From contig CM059431.1 in the NCBI GenBank assembly GCA_030390025.1, positions 102,612,001 through 102,676,000 on the forward strand: 64,000 nt of DNA. Direction: 5' to 3'. The notes below the pieces were generated by a model. That model was not told the DNA's origin. It did not search any database and worked only from the letters and a program-made list of their open reading frames with translations. This document shows, in pieces, positions 12,843 through 26,599 of the stretch (within the stretch, counting starts at the first letter, position 1; the number at the start of each line of letters is the position of its first letter). A program made the translations under genes and the position numbers. This stretch comes from Squalus acanthias. Lineage: Eukaryota.

Positions 12843-13589
12843 ATAGAGTACTTTTGAACAGAAGTAAACCTGAATTGCACTTAATACTGTGTAATTATAC
12901 CAAAATTTTAGCGTCAGTAATTGCTGAACTGTGTAGATTCATTTTTCAATACAGATGTTGCTATTTATTCTTCAAAAGGATATTAGATGCGAAGAGTAGT
13001 CAACCAACTGCTCACTTATTCATTAAAAAAAAAAGCCTTTCAGAACATAGGAATGTACAGAACCAGCAAAAGCCATTGTCGTCTATCTGGCCAGTCCCAA
13101 AGTAAAAAAAAAAATCATAATTTCATATTTTACTACCGTTACACACTAGTGATGGTGGTTTCAACAAGCTATCACCAGCACTCCCATCCAGATCCATACT
13201 TCTCTGTGTTGTGTCTTGTAATCTACTATTTCATTCAGTCCTTAGTCCCTTCCCAAGTCTCTTCACCTTGCATTCTTCCACTGCCCGACCCCCGCAACTA
13301 TGAAACAACCGCCACTTGTCAGCCCAATCTATTCAGATCCATCTTGTTTTCTGCTCCCAATGATTTTTCAGCCTCACTGCCAAGCTTTGCATCATCGGCA
13401 AGTTTACGATGGAAAACCTTCTGTTTGTCGCCTCATCTCCAAATCATTCGTAGGAATCTGGTCAACATCGTTCAGTTGCTGGAAATGCAGCTTCGTTTTT
13501 TTTTAAAGTCAGAATCAGCTGCTATGGAAGATATGGATAGCAATCCGACAGAACGACCCAATAGAGATCTTAAAAAAATTATGATTATG

Positions 13590-14090
13590 GCGGGGATTTA
13601 ATAGGGTAGACGCAGAGAAGGTGTTTCTGCTTGTTTGGGGGGGGGGGGGGGGGGGGGAGGAAGAGACGAGACCAAAACAAGGGGCCATAAATATAAGATA
13701 GTCACTAATAAATCCAATAGGGAATTCAGTAAAAACTTCTTTACCCAGAGAGTGGTGAGAATGTGGAACTCGCTACCACAGGGAGTGGTTGAGGCGAATA
13801 GTATAGATGTATTTAAGGGGAAGCTAGATAAACACACGAGGGAGAAAGGAAGAGAGTCATGGGGCACAGGAGGAGGCCATACGGCCCATCGAGTCTGTAC
13901 AGCAATCCAGTCACTCCCATTCTCCCGCTCTATTCCCGTAGCCCTGCAAATTTATTTTCCTCAAGAATAGAAGGATGTGCTGATAGGGTGAGATGAAGAG
14001 GGGTGGGAGGAGGCTCGTGTGGAGCATAAACACCGGCACAGACCAGTTGGGCCGAATGGCCTGTTTCTGTGCTGTGGATTCTATGTAAAC
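13590..14090 (+). mobile_element. CR1 3' fragment with small nested inverted CR1 tail
   Basis: KTRGHKYKIVTNKSNREF...WNSLPQG. Confidence 0.8.
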
Positions 14091-14949
14091 AATGGTACCC
14101 AAGCCTTTGTAAATAGCAGAAACAACAAGCCCAGGGTAAAAGAAAAAACACTTTCTTCGGAATACAGAGGTGTTTTCCCCCATCCTCCAAAACTCTGCAA
14201 TTTATTTAAAAAGATGGTAAAAGAAAAGAAAATGTATAACTACTGGAATTAAGAAGGTTTGATGGCAGTACGTGCCGATTTAATGCAGGGAATTCTATGG
14301 GTGTGTGCGCTTAATATTCAGCATGCCTTTGGCACATTTTCCAGACCCAAGTTAATTCCTGGATTAAATGAATAAAGCGCATCTTGTTGGGTTTGTTTTC
14401 TCTTTCCAATACTGCACATCGGGGCAAAGAGATTCCACCTAACCTGGCATTTTACAAAATCTACCACTAGCCGCGCAATTAAAGGGAGCTATTTGTCCAT
14501 TTAAAAAAAAAACTGCAGGAAAAAACCCCAAACGGATATAGTATTTTAACCAGCAGTTTAATGAATGACTTTGAAAACAGTCAACACAAGTGCACAGCAC
14601 AAGTGAACGTCTAGCCCTTTGGAATGAAACAGCCGCACAATGTAAACATCACTGCTAAACTAACTGGACAGCTTACAGAAGTCTAATTCAATCCAATCAA
14701 TCTCAACCCACACTCAATTAGGTGTCTAAATTACACTTGAAACCTCATTCAATTTAGGATTTTCACTACCATATTTGAAATGAACAGATGCAAGTCCAAT
14801 ATGCTTATGGCTCTGTGACTTAAAGTCATTACAAAGTAGTTTAAAAAAAATTTTTTTGGGTGGAAGGGAAATAGCCAGACTAGTTCTACAGTCAAGGGTC
14901 TATACTAAACTGCACTGGCAATAAGAGCTGGTGCTGTTTAAAAAAAAAA

Positions 14950-15415
14950 AAGGACTTGCATTTATATAGCACCTTTCACAACCTCAGGACGTCCCAAAGC
15001 ACTTTACAGCCAATGAAGTACTTTTTAAAAAAAAGTGTAGTCACGGTTGTAATGTAGGAAATGCAGCAGCCAATTTGCACTCCGCAAGCTCCCACAAACA
15101 GCAATGTGATAAATGACCAGATAATCTGTTTTAGTGATGTTGATTGAGGGATAAATATTGGACAGGACACCAGGGAGAACACCCCCGCACTTCTTCGAAA
15201 TAGTGCCATGGGATCATTTATGTCCACCTGAGAGAACAGACGGGGCCTCGGTTTAACGTCTCATCTGAAAGACGGCCCCTCCGACAGTGCAGCGCTCCCT
15301 CAGCACTGTACTGGGAGTGTCATCCTAGATTTCTTGCTCAAGTCTCTGGAGTGGGGACTTGAACCCACAACCTTCTGACTCAGAGGTGAGGGTGCTGCCC
15401 ACTGAGCCACGGCTG
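14950..15415 (-). mobile_element. Near full-length Deu-core SINE
   Basis: Head gccgtggctcagtggg with B box, core and tail all present. Confidence 0.85.
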
Positions 15416-15674
15416 AAAAAAGTGGCAAGTCCAGTTACTGCTACATTATTGGGGGAAAAGACTAAAGAAACAGTAACTTGATCGGATGCAACCCCAGTCC
15501 AAACCAAAAAAGTTAGCTGGGCCATTAAAAAAACAAGTCTTCATCCATTTCACATCACAATTTGACTTTAAGCTTTGCTTTTCATTTGAGCTTCATTCCA
15601 GTGTTTCCATAATCACCGAAATTAAGCTTTCAGTTTTCACTAGGCGCAAAAATATCACTTAGTTTTCACAGAGA

Positions 15675-16245
15675 ACCCTCTGGTTCTTTTGACAATTATC
15701 CTAAATCTGTGTCCTCTGGTTACCGACCCTCCTGCCACTGGAAACAGTGCCTCCTTATTTACTCCATCAAAACCCCTCATGATTTTTAACACCTCTATTA
15801 AGTCTCCCCTTAACCTTCTCTGCTCTAAAGGAGAACAATCCCAGCTTCTCCAGTCTCTCCACATCACTGAAGTCCCTCATCCCTGGAACCATTCTAGTAA
15901 ATCTCCTCTGCACCCTCTCCAAGGCCTTGACATCCTTCCTAAAGTGCGGTGCCCAGAATTGGACACAATACTCCAGCTGGGGTCTGACCAGTGATTTATA
16001 AAGGTTTGGTACAACTTCTTTGCTTTTGGACTCTGCCTCTATTCATAAAGCCCAGGATTCCAGAAACAGATTGAATAGTAACTTTCAAAAAGGAAATTGG
16101 ATAAATACTTGTAAAGGAAAAATTTGCAGGGTTATGGGGGAAGAGAGCCGGGGGGGGGGTGTGTGTGGGGGAGTGGGACTAAGTGGAAGAGTCGGCAAAG
16201 GCGTGATGGGCCGAATGGCCTCCTTCGGTGCTGCAAATTCTATGA
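15675..16245. mobile_element. CR1 fragments in opposite orientations (minus to about 16050, then plus)
   Basis: [14 protein letters not shown] on minus. CR1 3' tail gggccgaatggcctcc on plus. Confidence 0.75.
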
Positions 16246-16910
16246 GTCTCTGAAGCTTTAAAACGGTTTAGGTTTGGAAAGTGCATGTCGCAGATCTGCA
16301 CACTGTACCACATTCTACCTAAACAATTCACAATTGAATTCACTTTAGGAGTTTGCAGCCTGCTGCAATTAATTTGAAAGTTGACTGCATATTTCCAATT
16401 CAGTGACTGCCTATTCACAAATGTCAAAGATTTTCAACATGTAGATATAACTAATAATGGCAATATTACTGAAGAGTGGCCAATTTTAATAGTCTATTAA
16501 AACTACCACATTAGGATATCTAAGCAGGCGTTTAGAAGTTTTCTTGAACGCTGGAATGTGTGACTGTACTTTCCTAAATGTGAACCTAAAGTTAATTGGA
16601 TTGAAGTAAATCCTTTCACTTAAAACTTTAAAACAATGAAAGTTCAAATGTCACAAAAAATACTGAAAGCAAAACATTTCACATTACATATTAAAAAGGA
16701 TAAAATAATAGGCAATACAAATCCTCCCAGCTCATATTTTCCCAATTAAACAAGTAGATTGAATCAACAGTTGGCAATTAGTTTTGACAAGTTATATTTA
16801 AAATGGTTACCAGACATACCGGTTCCTTGCAATCACTTCCTAAGCTGAAAGCAGCTATAACTGCAGCAAGTCCTGCCGACCATATACTTACAATATTCAT
16901 ATATTCAATA

Positions 16911-18236
16911 CCTCCTCCAGCCCTACAACCTGCCGAGATCTCTGCGCTCCTCCAATTCGGGCCTCTGTGAAAAGTAGAGTAATGTCCCTGTTCCAGATTT
17001 TTTTAAATTCTCCTTTAAAATATTGCATATGATATAGTTTGTGGAGCAGAGCCACTTTTCCATTTTATTTGCTGTCTTTAAATACTTGACACTCTGACAC
17101 CAAATGCAGTGGCTGCCCCCACCCCCCCGTATAGCTATCTCTATTTCTAACCTCCTCCAGCCCCACAACCCTCCGAGATCTCTGCGCTCCTCTAATTCAG
17201 GCCTCTTGCGCATCCCTGATTTCCTTCCCCACTATTGGCGGCCGTGCCTTCAGCTGCCTGGGCCCTAAGCTCTGGAATTCCCTCCCTAAACCTCTCCGCC
17301 TCTCTCTATCTCTCCTCCTTAAAACCCACCTCTTTGACCAAGCTTTTGGTCACCTGTCCTAAAAACCTCCTTAGTGTCGCATGTTGTCTGATTAACGCTC
17401 CTGTGAAGCGCCTTGGGGCGTTTTACTATGTTGAAGACACTATAGAAATGCATCTTATATAAAGCAATCTTCTGTTCTGTATTTTTATGGGGCAGTAAAT
17501 GGCCTTTTGATTATTTACATCAGCCAACGGTACACTAACGGGTAATTTTAAAACGTGCAGCATTGGAAAGTGAAATCGGACGGAGGTCCAATCCCATCTG
17601 TTTCCCATCCGGCAGGTTAGGTGAAGATTACCTCCCCTGCTTTTGAGAGATTTTTTAATTTACATTTATAGTTTTCATTTAAAGGTGTAGTGTAGGGGGA
17701 AAAAAAGTGGGCGCCTCTCATTTTACCACAACAAGAGCTTGTATTTATACGGCGCACTTAAAGTGGGAAAACTTCCCGCGGTGCTTCACAGGAGCGATTA
17801 TCAGACAAAACTTGACACCGAGCCACACAAGGAGATATTGGGACAGGTGAGCAAAAGCTTGGTCAGAGGTGAGGTTTTAAGGAACGTCTCAAAAGGAGGA
17901 GGGAGAGGCTGAGGGAGGGAATTCCAGAGATTAGGGCCCAGGCAGCTGAAGGCACGGCCACCAATAGTGGGGAAGGAAATCAGGGATGCGCAAGAGGCCT
18001 GAATTAGAGGAGCGCAGAGATCTCGGAGGGTTGTGGGGCTGGAGGAGGTTAGAAATAGAGATAGCTATACGGGGGGGGTGGGGGCAGCCACTGCATTTGG
18101 TGTCAGAGTGTCAAGTATTTAAAGACAGCAAATAAAATGGAAAAGTGGCTCTGCTCCACAAACTATATCATATGCAATATTTTAAAGGAGAATTAAAAAA
18201 AATCTGGAACAGGGACATTACTCTACTTTTCACAGA
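16911..18236. repeat. Inverted L2 pair with inverted duplication of unique flank
   Basis: 16964-about 17290 is a near-identical reverse complement of about 17903-18236. Confidence 0.9.
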
Positions 18237-18289
18237 AACGCAACACAGTAAATTAGATCACACCGAATTAAACAAATTAACACAAGGAC

Positions 18290-18457
18290 GCAAGAAATAG
18301 GAGCTGGAGTAGGCCATTCGGCCCTTCGAGCCTGCTCCGCCATTCAATATGATCATAGCTGATCTTCGACCTCATCTCCACTTTCCCGCACTATTCCCAT
18401 GTCCCTTGATTCCCTTAGTATCCAACAATCTATCGATCTCTGTCTTGAATAGACTCA
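18290..18457 (-). mobile_element. CR1 3' tail
   Basis: aagaaataggagctggagtaggccattcggccc motif. Confidence 0.75.
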
Positions 18458-19395
18458 TGATGCGGAGATGCCGGCGTTGGACTGGGGTGGACAAAAATGA
18501 GAAGTCGCACAACACCAGGTTATAGTCCAACAGATTTATTTAAAATTACAAGCTTTCGGAGCTATCGATCGCCCCTTCTTCAGGTAAAGTTACTATGAGT
18601 GAATCTACAAAAATTCACAGAATATAAACACAGAGAAAATGCAGAGATACAATCTTTCCTTACATCAAAGACACACCAAGAGCACAGCCAAGACAATGAG
18701 ATGTGTCCCAGGGGGTCCAACGTGTCAAAACCTGCTGTCTGCATATCCTCTCCATTTAGGTTTTTTTTTGTGTTTGTTTTTTTAAAAAACTGGAAAGACA
18801 GACAATGATGTAAAGTCACGTTCTGTAGCGTGACATGAACCCGATATCCCTATTGAGGCTGTCCTCGAGTGCGGAACTTGGCTATCAGTTTCTGCTCGAT
18901 GATTTTGCGTCGTCATGTATCTCGAAGGCCGCCTTGGAGAACGCTAACCTGCAGATCCGAGGCTGAATGCCCTTGACTGCTGAAGTGTTCCCCGACTGGG
19001 AGGCAACCATCCTGCCTGGCGATTGTTGCGCGGTGTCCGTTCATACGTTGTCTCAGTGTCTGCATGGTCTCGCCAATGTACCATGCTCTGGGGCATCCTT
19101 TACTGCAACGTATCAGGTAGACAACGTTGGCCGAGTCACATGAGTATGTACCACACGTTGGACCCCCTGAGACACATCTCATTGTCCTGGCTGTGCTCTG
19201 GTATGTCTTTGATGTAAGGACACCTTCCCTGAAAGATTGTATCTCTGCATTGTCTGTGTTTATATACGGTGTAATGTTGTAGATTCACTCACTGTACCTT
19301 TGCCTGACGAAGGGGCGACAGCTCCAAAAGCTTGTAATTTTAAATAAATCTGTTGGACTATAACCTGATGTTGTGCGACTTCTCATTTTTGTCCA
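18458..19395 (-). mobile_element. 5'-truncated Penelope-like element: GIY-YIG endonuclease fragment between inverted pLTRs
   Basis: NVVYLIRC...WYIGET...LRQRMNGHR...VGEHF at about 18825-19160. 18488-18726 is inverted relative to 19152-19395. A 30-nt tail is present only on the 3' copy. Confidence 0.9.
18546..18587 (-). ncRNA. Minimal hammerhead ribozyme motif in Penelope pLTR
   Basis: ttac-CUGAAGA-a-ggggc...gctcc-GAAA-gctt-gtaa. Confidence 0.72.
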
Positions 19396-19769
19396 AAAAT
19401 AGATGGCAGTGCAAACGGAAACAGCAGCATTCTCGCGTGCCCCTTGTGCCGGCACTTGTTAAAAGTTCACCTCGGACGAGATTATCTCGTCTTTCTCAGT
19501 CCCCCGCCCCTCCCCATTTCTGAATGCCTGCCTCCCTCCCACTGGCAAAGTTTCCTCACGGTAAACTTTTCATTTCAAATACTGAGCAAATTTCACTCCA
19601 GCTTAACCGAGCTGGATTGTGAGCACCAGTCCGTGTAGAAACGGGTCCGTGCAGCAGCTCAGTGTTGGAGAGCAGCAATCCCGGTTTCCCCACCCCACCC
19701 CCATTCTGTCTTGTTGCCATTTACCACCCCATAAAAATAAATACAGAACAGAAAAGAGTGCTTTATGCA

Positions 19770-20092
19770 ACAACTTGCATTTCTATAGCATCTTTAACAT
19801 AGTAAAATGTCCCAACTGCCTCACAGGAACGCGATCAGACAACATTTGTCACCGAGCCACATAAGGAGGTATTAGGACAGGTGACCAAAGGCTTGGCCAA
19901 TGAGGTAGGTTTTGAGGAGGAGAGAGATACAGAGGCATGGAGGGGTTTAGGGAGGGAATTCCAGAGCTTAGGGCCCAGCTGAAGGCATAGCCTCCAATAG
20001 TGGGGAAGGAAATCAGGGATGCACAAGAGGCCTGAATTGGAGGAGTACAGAGATCTCGGAGGGTTGTGGGGCTGGAGGAGGTTAGAAATAGA
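19770..20092 (-). mobile_element. L2 3' fragment
   Basis: Same sequence type and diagnostic variants as 17735-18060. Confidence 0.8.
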
Positions 20093-23000
20093 GTAGCAGC
20101 AAGCCCTGTTTTCCCCTCCCCCCCACCATTCTGTCTTGTTGACAAACGTGTGCCTGCGGACCAAAGGAGCTGTCTCTACCAGTCTGGAGAGTTGGAAGAT
20201 AGCAACTCCTGAATGGCTTGACTTCACATGCAGGCTTAAGGCAAATGTTCACTGCTATTGATCCTCAAATTATACATAGACTCACATCTGCTAAATCTGA
20301 TGCCTCAGAACAAGCATATTTTTTTTTTTTAAAAACCATTTCATCAAGAATTTGCAGTTTGCAACCTGAAATTTCTGCACAAAGCTTAATTGTAACAAAT
20401 GGCCTGGGAACTATTTTTGAGCAATTTTACCACGAGGAATAGTCTAAAAAAAATCACTCTCTTTTCTCCCCCCCTCAGGCCATGAAAAACATGTCCTTAT
20501 CTCGCCTTCCACTCCCTCCAAAAGCACGCTCCATACTTCTGCAGAATTTCATCTACTATCAGCAAAGCTTCATTAAACGGGAGGTCAAGGAATCTGTGCA
20601 ACAGGCTGCGGCCTGATTTGGGAAATCAAGCAGCTCTCCTGACCAACACAAAAAGGCTCAAATCTTTGGAGCTGCTCGGCACTCCCCACCGCGCGCTTCT
20701 GCCATCTTTTATCCTGCCAAGCCCTTTACATAGAAATCCCTAACTGGCAAGGCTGACATTCTTTAAAGTACGCTTTATCACGAAGGCACAAAAAAACCAA
20801 GATCGGCTTTCATTAAATAAAATTTAATTTTGTTAAAATAATTTAAATCCAAATACAGTCGACATGTTTTGCATTGAATTATATTTACACCTCTTGCTCA
20901 ATTCAGAAGCAGCAAGGCGACACCACAGTCAACACCGGGGGAAGATGGTGCCATTAAGTATTCAGTTGGGTTAGTGCTCGACAGCCAACTACCAAAAGGT
21001 TATTTGTCTTAATTCACCTCCAGGAAGCACTGAAAATACACTGATAAAACTGAAAGTTAACAAAAAGTAAAAATATACAGAAAACAGCATCAGAAAACCA
21101 TTAAAGCCAAATACAATATAAAATAGGTTTTAAAAAAAACTGCAAGATCTAAAGAACGGCGGTTCGGTCAATGAATTCTTGGTTTTTAAACAGGAACAAT
21201 TTTCCCCAATACGTTACTAGTTTGAGTTCTGTTGGTTTTAACTGTATGTGTGTTAAGGCAACATTCTTTACTCTAAAAAGGTAAGTAAAGCAGGATCAAC
21301 TTTGCAGAGAAGCTTTGGTAGTCATTTGGGGCAGGTGGGAGATGCCTAGAAAAAAAAAATAGCTCAATACTTTTCAAGCAGTGCCAATCTCCGAAACATA
21401 AAAACCACAAATGCATTTGGTGAGCCAGCACATGATCAGTGCTCAATGGAATCACTTTGGGAGGGGGGGGGGGGGGGATGTATTTGCTTCTTGTTTGTAC
21501 CAGATAACACATAGCAACGCTTCAGATGAACAATGTACCTCCCAAACCCCAGGCTCGCACACTGAAGTACTCCTGGAAATGGGGACCTGCTTCTCACGTT
21601 AAAGTTTCAGAAGCCCAAGTGTAATTAAATACGGTCGCAGCGTAGCCGCATTCCCTTTGCAACAACATTTCGAGGTGTCAAACAACACATTTTAATATCC
21701 AGGACACGTGCTGCACACCAATACATCAAAATTAAACACATAAAGCCACATTTTCCCCCTATCGCTTTTCTGCAGGGACATCACATCAATGCCAATCTGG
21801 ACGTATTATTTTAGACTGGAGAGGCAGCAGGACATTTCTCAAGTTGCTTTCACAAGTTACGTCACTCCAGATTTACAGGCTTCCACATTACAAAAACTAA
21901 ATGTGGCTCAATCGACTTACTCCCGAGAGCCAGCGTGGTAACTTTTTTTTTTAAACATAGACAGCGCGCAGTTGCAGTACAAAGTAAGTGGGCTGAATCC
22001 AGGTGATCCCAGCCCAAGGACAGAGAGGTGGAGAGGGTGAAGAACAAGTGCCTGCCCGCCCCCAATTGTCCAAAAAGGGCCCGAAATCACTACAAAAAAA
22101 AATGGAACAAAGAAGTTGCCACCTGAGCACTTGCTTTGTGTGAGCACCAGTAAAGTTATTTTAACACTGGGCTGCCACCACTTCTGCTATGCTGTGGAAA
22201 ACGCCATCAAAATTAATATCCACAGATTTAAAAGCCACCAAAAAAACCGACCCTTCACAAACAAAATGCTGCAACATTAGCAGCAAAGTTGGACTTGTGT
22301 CAAAACCTCAAACGCAAACTTTAAAAAAAAACACATAAGGCAGCTATGCCTATATAGATTGGCAGTGATTGCACAAGACAATATTGGACCGAAATGCAAG
22401 TGATTTCCTGTATCAGACTACCCAGGCCAGCTGAATGGAACAGACCTCATTCCCGTTAGAAAGGGTCAGGCCACTAAATGTCATGGTTTAGGTATCCACT
22501 GCTCACCTCAACACAGTTAACAGGCGAATGGGCAAACTACCCACCCAAACCACAGCAATTTTTCCCCCCCCTCATACCACAAAAAGTGGCCAAGGATTGA
22601 AATGCAGCCATTTAAAGCAAGTGTGCAGCGACGTCGATTTGCAGCTAGTTTCAAAGCTGCCCTTTACTTTCAACTCGGGATTGGAGCAATTAACTCAAAT
22701 TATTTCCACCGCTTGTACACAAAACAAGGCTCATGTCAAATCAGATTTAAAAAAAGATATTACATACCAAAAAACATGTTACATTGCACAATCCCAATTT
22801 CTGCTCCGTGTCTGGGAACTTCCAGACATCTATATTTAGGTATTTTTCCCCAGGAACAGTACCACACTTGTATAGAACTGAACCAACAACGCTTTGTTGT
22901 GAAACATGCAAAGCTAAAACTGGTCATCCAATTTAAAAATTTTTTTTTTTTTTTTATAAATCCATGCGTGTGGAGTCAGATCAGGAAATTTACTTTCAGT

Positions 23001-23157
23001 ACTCAGGAAAACGGCTCAGCAAATAATACTCATTCTGTCTTTTTTGAAGATGATTGGAGAGAAGCAGCTCAACTGATATTGCAAGTATGGCGGATGCTTT
23101 GCGTCGTCACTGAACACATTTTATTGCTTAGACAGAATTATACCTACCCAAGATGTC

Positions 23158-23630
23158 AGCCATGGCTCAGTGGGTAGCACTCTCACTTCAGCGTCAGGCG
23201 GTCATGGGTTCAAGTCCCCCCCCCCCCCACTCCCGAGACTTGAGCACAAAAAAAACTTGGCCAACAGTTCAGTGCAGTACTGAGGGAGTGCAGTGGATTA
23301 ACTGAGGGAGTGCTGCACCGTCGGAGGTGCGGTCTTGCACAGGAGACATTAAACTGAGGCCCTGGTCTGCCCAGAGGTGGATGCAAAAAGATCCCCATGG
23401 CACGATGGGAAGAGCAGGAGGGCCCTTCCGGCGCCCTGGCCAACATTTATCCCTCAGCCAACAAACAAACAGACTGCCTGGGTCATTTGCTGTTTTCAGG
23501 ACCTGCTGCACAAACGGTTTCCCTACATTACAACTGCAAACACAATTTAGAACACAATTCATTTGACTGTGAAGTGCTCTGGGACATTCGGAAGTCATGA
23601 AAGGAGCTACATATATGGAAGCTTTTTCCT
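23158..23630 (+). mobile_element. Deu-core SINE
   Basis: gccatggctcagtggg head, B box, core and tail. Confidence 0.8.
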
Positions 23631-26599
23631 TTGAGTAAACAGAATACGAGGAGCAAAACAACGAGAGTGCTTACCCCTGGGGGGGGTTCTAGTTCTTTCT
23701 TGCAAGGAGGAATTAGCCATGCATGCCATTGTGACCTGGCCCCTACCACACCACAAATCCATCCTAAATCACAACAAATGTGAATTTATAGCTATTTAGG
23801 GGCTTTTAAGAAGGAAACTAGTTACAATAAAATATCTAGCTGGATCACATCCTGTCACTTCCATTGTAACCTTACAGTAGAGAGTGGGAGAGAGATATTG
23901 AGAGATTTCAAAAGGAGACAATTGACCCTTTTAAGAGGGAGCTTGCGTCTTTTCTTCCCACCCTCCCTTCAAACTAGATCAAAAATCCACCGCAATCCTA
24001 TCCAAATTTCACCTTTCTTCTATTGCAGGTCAATAACCAAACTGGTCTCAATGGCACCTTTTTCGATTTTAGAACCTGCTAGATAATGGAGGTCAGCGGG
24101 AGGGGGAAATGTGGTTTGACATTTTGCAGCTCTTTAACTTAAGTGGTTGCATTTCAATCCCTAGTCACTTTGGTAATATATAAGGGGAAAAATTGCAGCC
24201 TGTGGGCTGGGTGAGTAATTTGCCACTCAAAACTCTTAACTATGTGGAGAGGGGGAGTGGATACCCAAGCCCATTACGTTAATGATCTGGCACAAACGGA
24301 ACAGCACTTTCTAATGGAAGCAGGGACTGTTCAGTTCAGCAGATTTTGATCGTCCGGGACAGGCTAGACATTCACATTTGGTCCAATATTTTCTTATGTG
24401 ATCACTGCCAATGTATAGATGTAGCTACACAAGGTTTTTTTTTTTTAAATTTAAATTTATGCTTGAGGTTTTGACAGATGTCTAGCTTTGCTCTCAATGT
24501 TTATTCACTAACTGGAGCCGTGTCGCGGGTATCCAAACGCCCCACTTCATAAAATAAACAGGAAGAGAGAGAGAAAAAGTTGGGATTAAATGCGCCTATG
24601 AATAGTTCCTTTTATGTAGTCATCATAAACATTACACTGTCAAAACAGAATTTAAGCATACATGTCACATAATGAAATACTATTTCAACCTACCCTCATA
24701 TACCAACTGCACACACGAGAGCTTCCAGACTCAGAACAGAAATTTCTGAGTGTTCTTGTTGCCCGAATGCAAAACTACCTTGAGAGCAATCAACTTTAAA
24801 AATAAAAAAAATCTTTGTACAACCTGGCCATTGGAGTTCTTGACTGTACACTAGTCAGTGAGGTGAACGGACACCAAGTTCTCCTGTCCTCGAAGAACAG
24901 AAGGGAAATATCCTAGTGGAGCGTGCACGCGACAGGAATAGATTACTGTCAGAATGACATTAAAAAAAAAACAGATTTAAGGATTTGCAACTACTCAAAA
25001 AAACAATTCATAATTACTGTCAAGCCTGCTTGCAGATAAATTACAAGCGCGTTAGTTCTGCATTAAAAGAATGATGACAAAACCAGTCACAGATTTAATT
25101 TGGAATGCGGGGTGGGGGTAATTTCATTGCCCCCGCAGATACTTTGTTCCACATTTCATTTGATGAAAATACAAAAATATTGTTCAAGATTGCGCACTAC
25201 CTGTACTCAAGAACTTGGGGTGCCTACTCCAGAAAAAATTCTGGTGTGAAACTGGACAACTGATGCGTCAGTAAAACAATTCAACCGCAGGACAGCAACT
25301 GCACAATGTGATTCATATTATGGGAAACATGTTGGGATATCGGAGACACGTGATCAGACGCGATAGAAATCAACTTTGTTCTTTCGCTGGAACAAATTTA
25401 GGTAAATAAGCTCTTCCAATAAGATTCTGAAAACGAAAGTGCCAATTGTGCCAAGGTAGCTTGTTTGCACAGCAATTGCATTGTCTGTCTCTCTGGCTGT
25501 GAAAAATGTTAAGAATTAATAGACTAAGCTGTTTAATACTGTAAGCAATGAATCCTTTTGTATCAAGCACGTAGCATAAACAAGGCATTGCAAATGTTTC
25601 CAACTTTGGCTTAAAGGGCAGTTAAACCAATTCACAGGCAGTATTTCATCAAATTTGAAGAGGGTTTGCACGAGGTAATTTGTCGTGTTACACCCCCACG
25701 TCAGTAAAACTGGTGCACTGCAGATCAAAAAGGTGAGGAAATTCATTAGCTAGCCATTTCACTTGTGCATCATTCATTTTTAGAGATTTTTTTTTTCCAA
25801 AAAAAAACTCATGCAAAAATCATTAGAGGGAACGCTCCTCTGCACAAAGCCCAATGTTGCAACGTAGAAAATAAACATTCTAAAAAAGATGTTCGGATCA
25901 CCATGTAAGAGGAGCCCCTCAAAAAGGAAAGTCACATCTAAAGAGAGGCAACTCTCCGATTAAGTTGCTGCAACTAACTGTTCAGATTAAACACAAATCG
26001 ACCATTTCCTTCCCTCCACTAAACTTATTTCTTCAGAATGGAATCCAACATCATTTCCTGGAACAACTGGTCTCATCTAAGGATCAAAGAACAGCTAGTA
26101 AAAAAAAAAAAATCTGTCTGCATTTGCAACAGCAATAAGACTAGACTATGTATCTGTAGGTCGACTGTACTTAAAACACACACTACTTTAGTGAACAGGC
26201 AGAGTGTCTTTCTTCAAATCAGCTTGCACCATCAGAAGCTACAGCCCAGAACTTTTGTTTTATCATTTAAATAGCAAACCAGCAGCACTGAACAGTTTAA
26301 AGAAAATTACATCAGCTCAGTCTAACTTTTAATATCTAGTTAGTTTGCAAAGAATGTTGCCCACACATACAGATCAGTTTTAAAGGGGTATTAAAAATGA
26401 AGCGAGGCATTGCTGTAAATACATCTGAATATTTTAGGTAAAATAATAAAAACAATGCAAGACACGGTTTGGAAATGTAAACTTGAGTTATACCAAGACA
26501 ATCAAATACATCTTTGAATGCTTAAAAAAAAAGTCTGCACATTATAAGCGAGGCCAAGGCTCCCATCATTCTGTACAAAAACCATCACACAAAGTGGAT

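Noticed and set aside
12987..13601. 204-aa plus-strand ORF as a novel gene
   Set aside because: The opposite strand holds an old CR1 RT remnant (NDLE...KLADDAKLG near 13380-13450). No recognisable domain.
22602..23177. 191-aa ORF
   Set aside because: No recognisable motif, crosses a poly-T run and ends in a SINE head.
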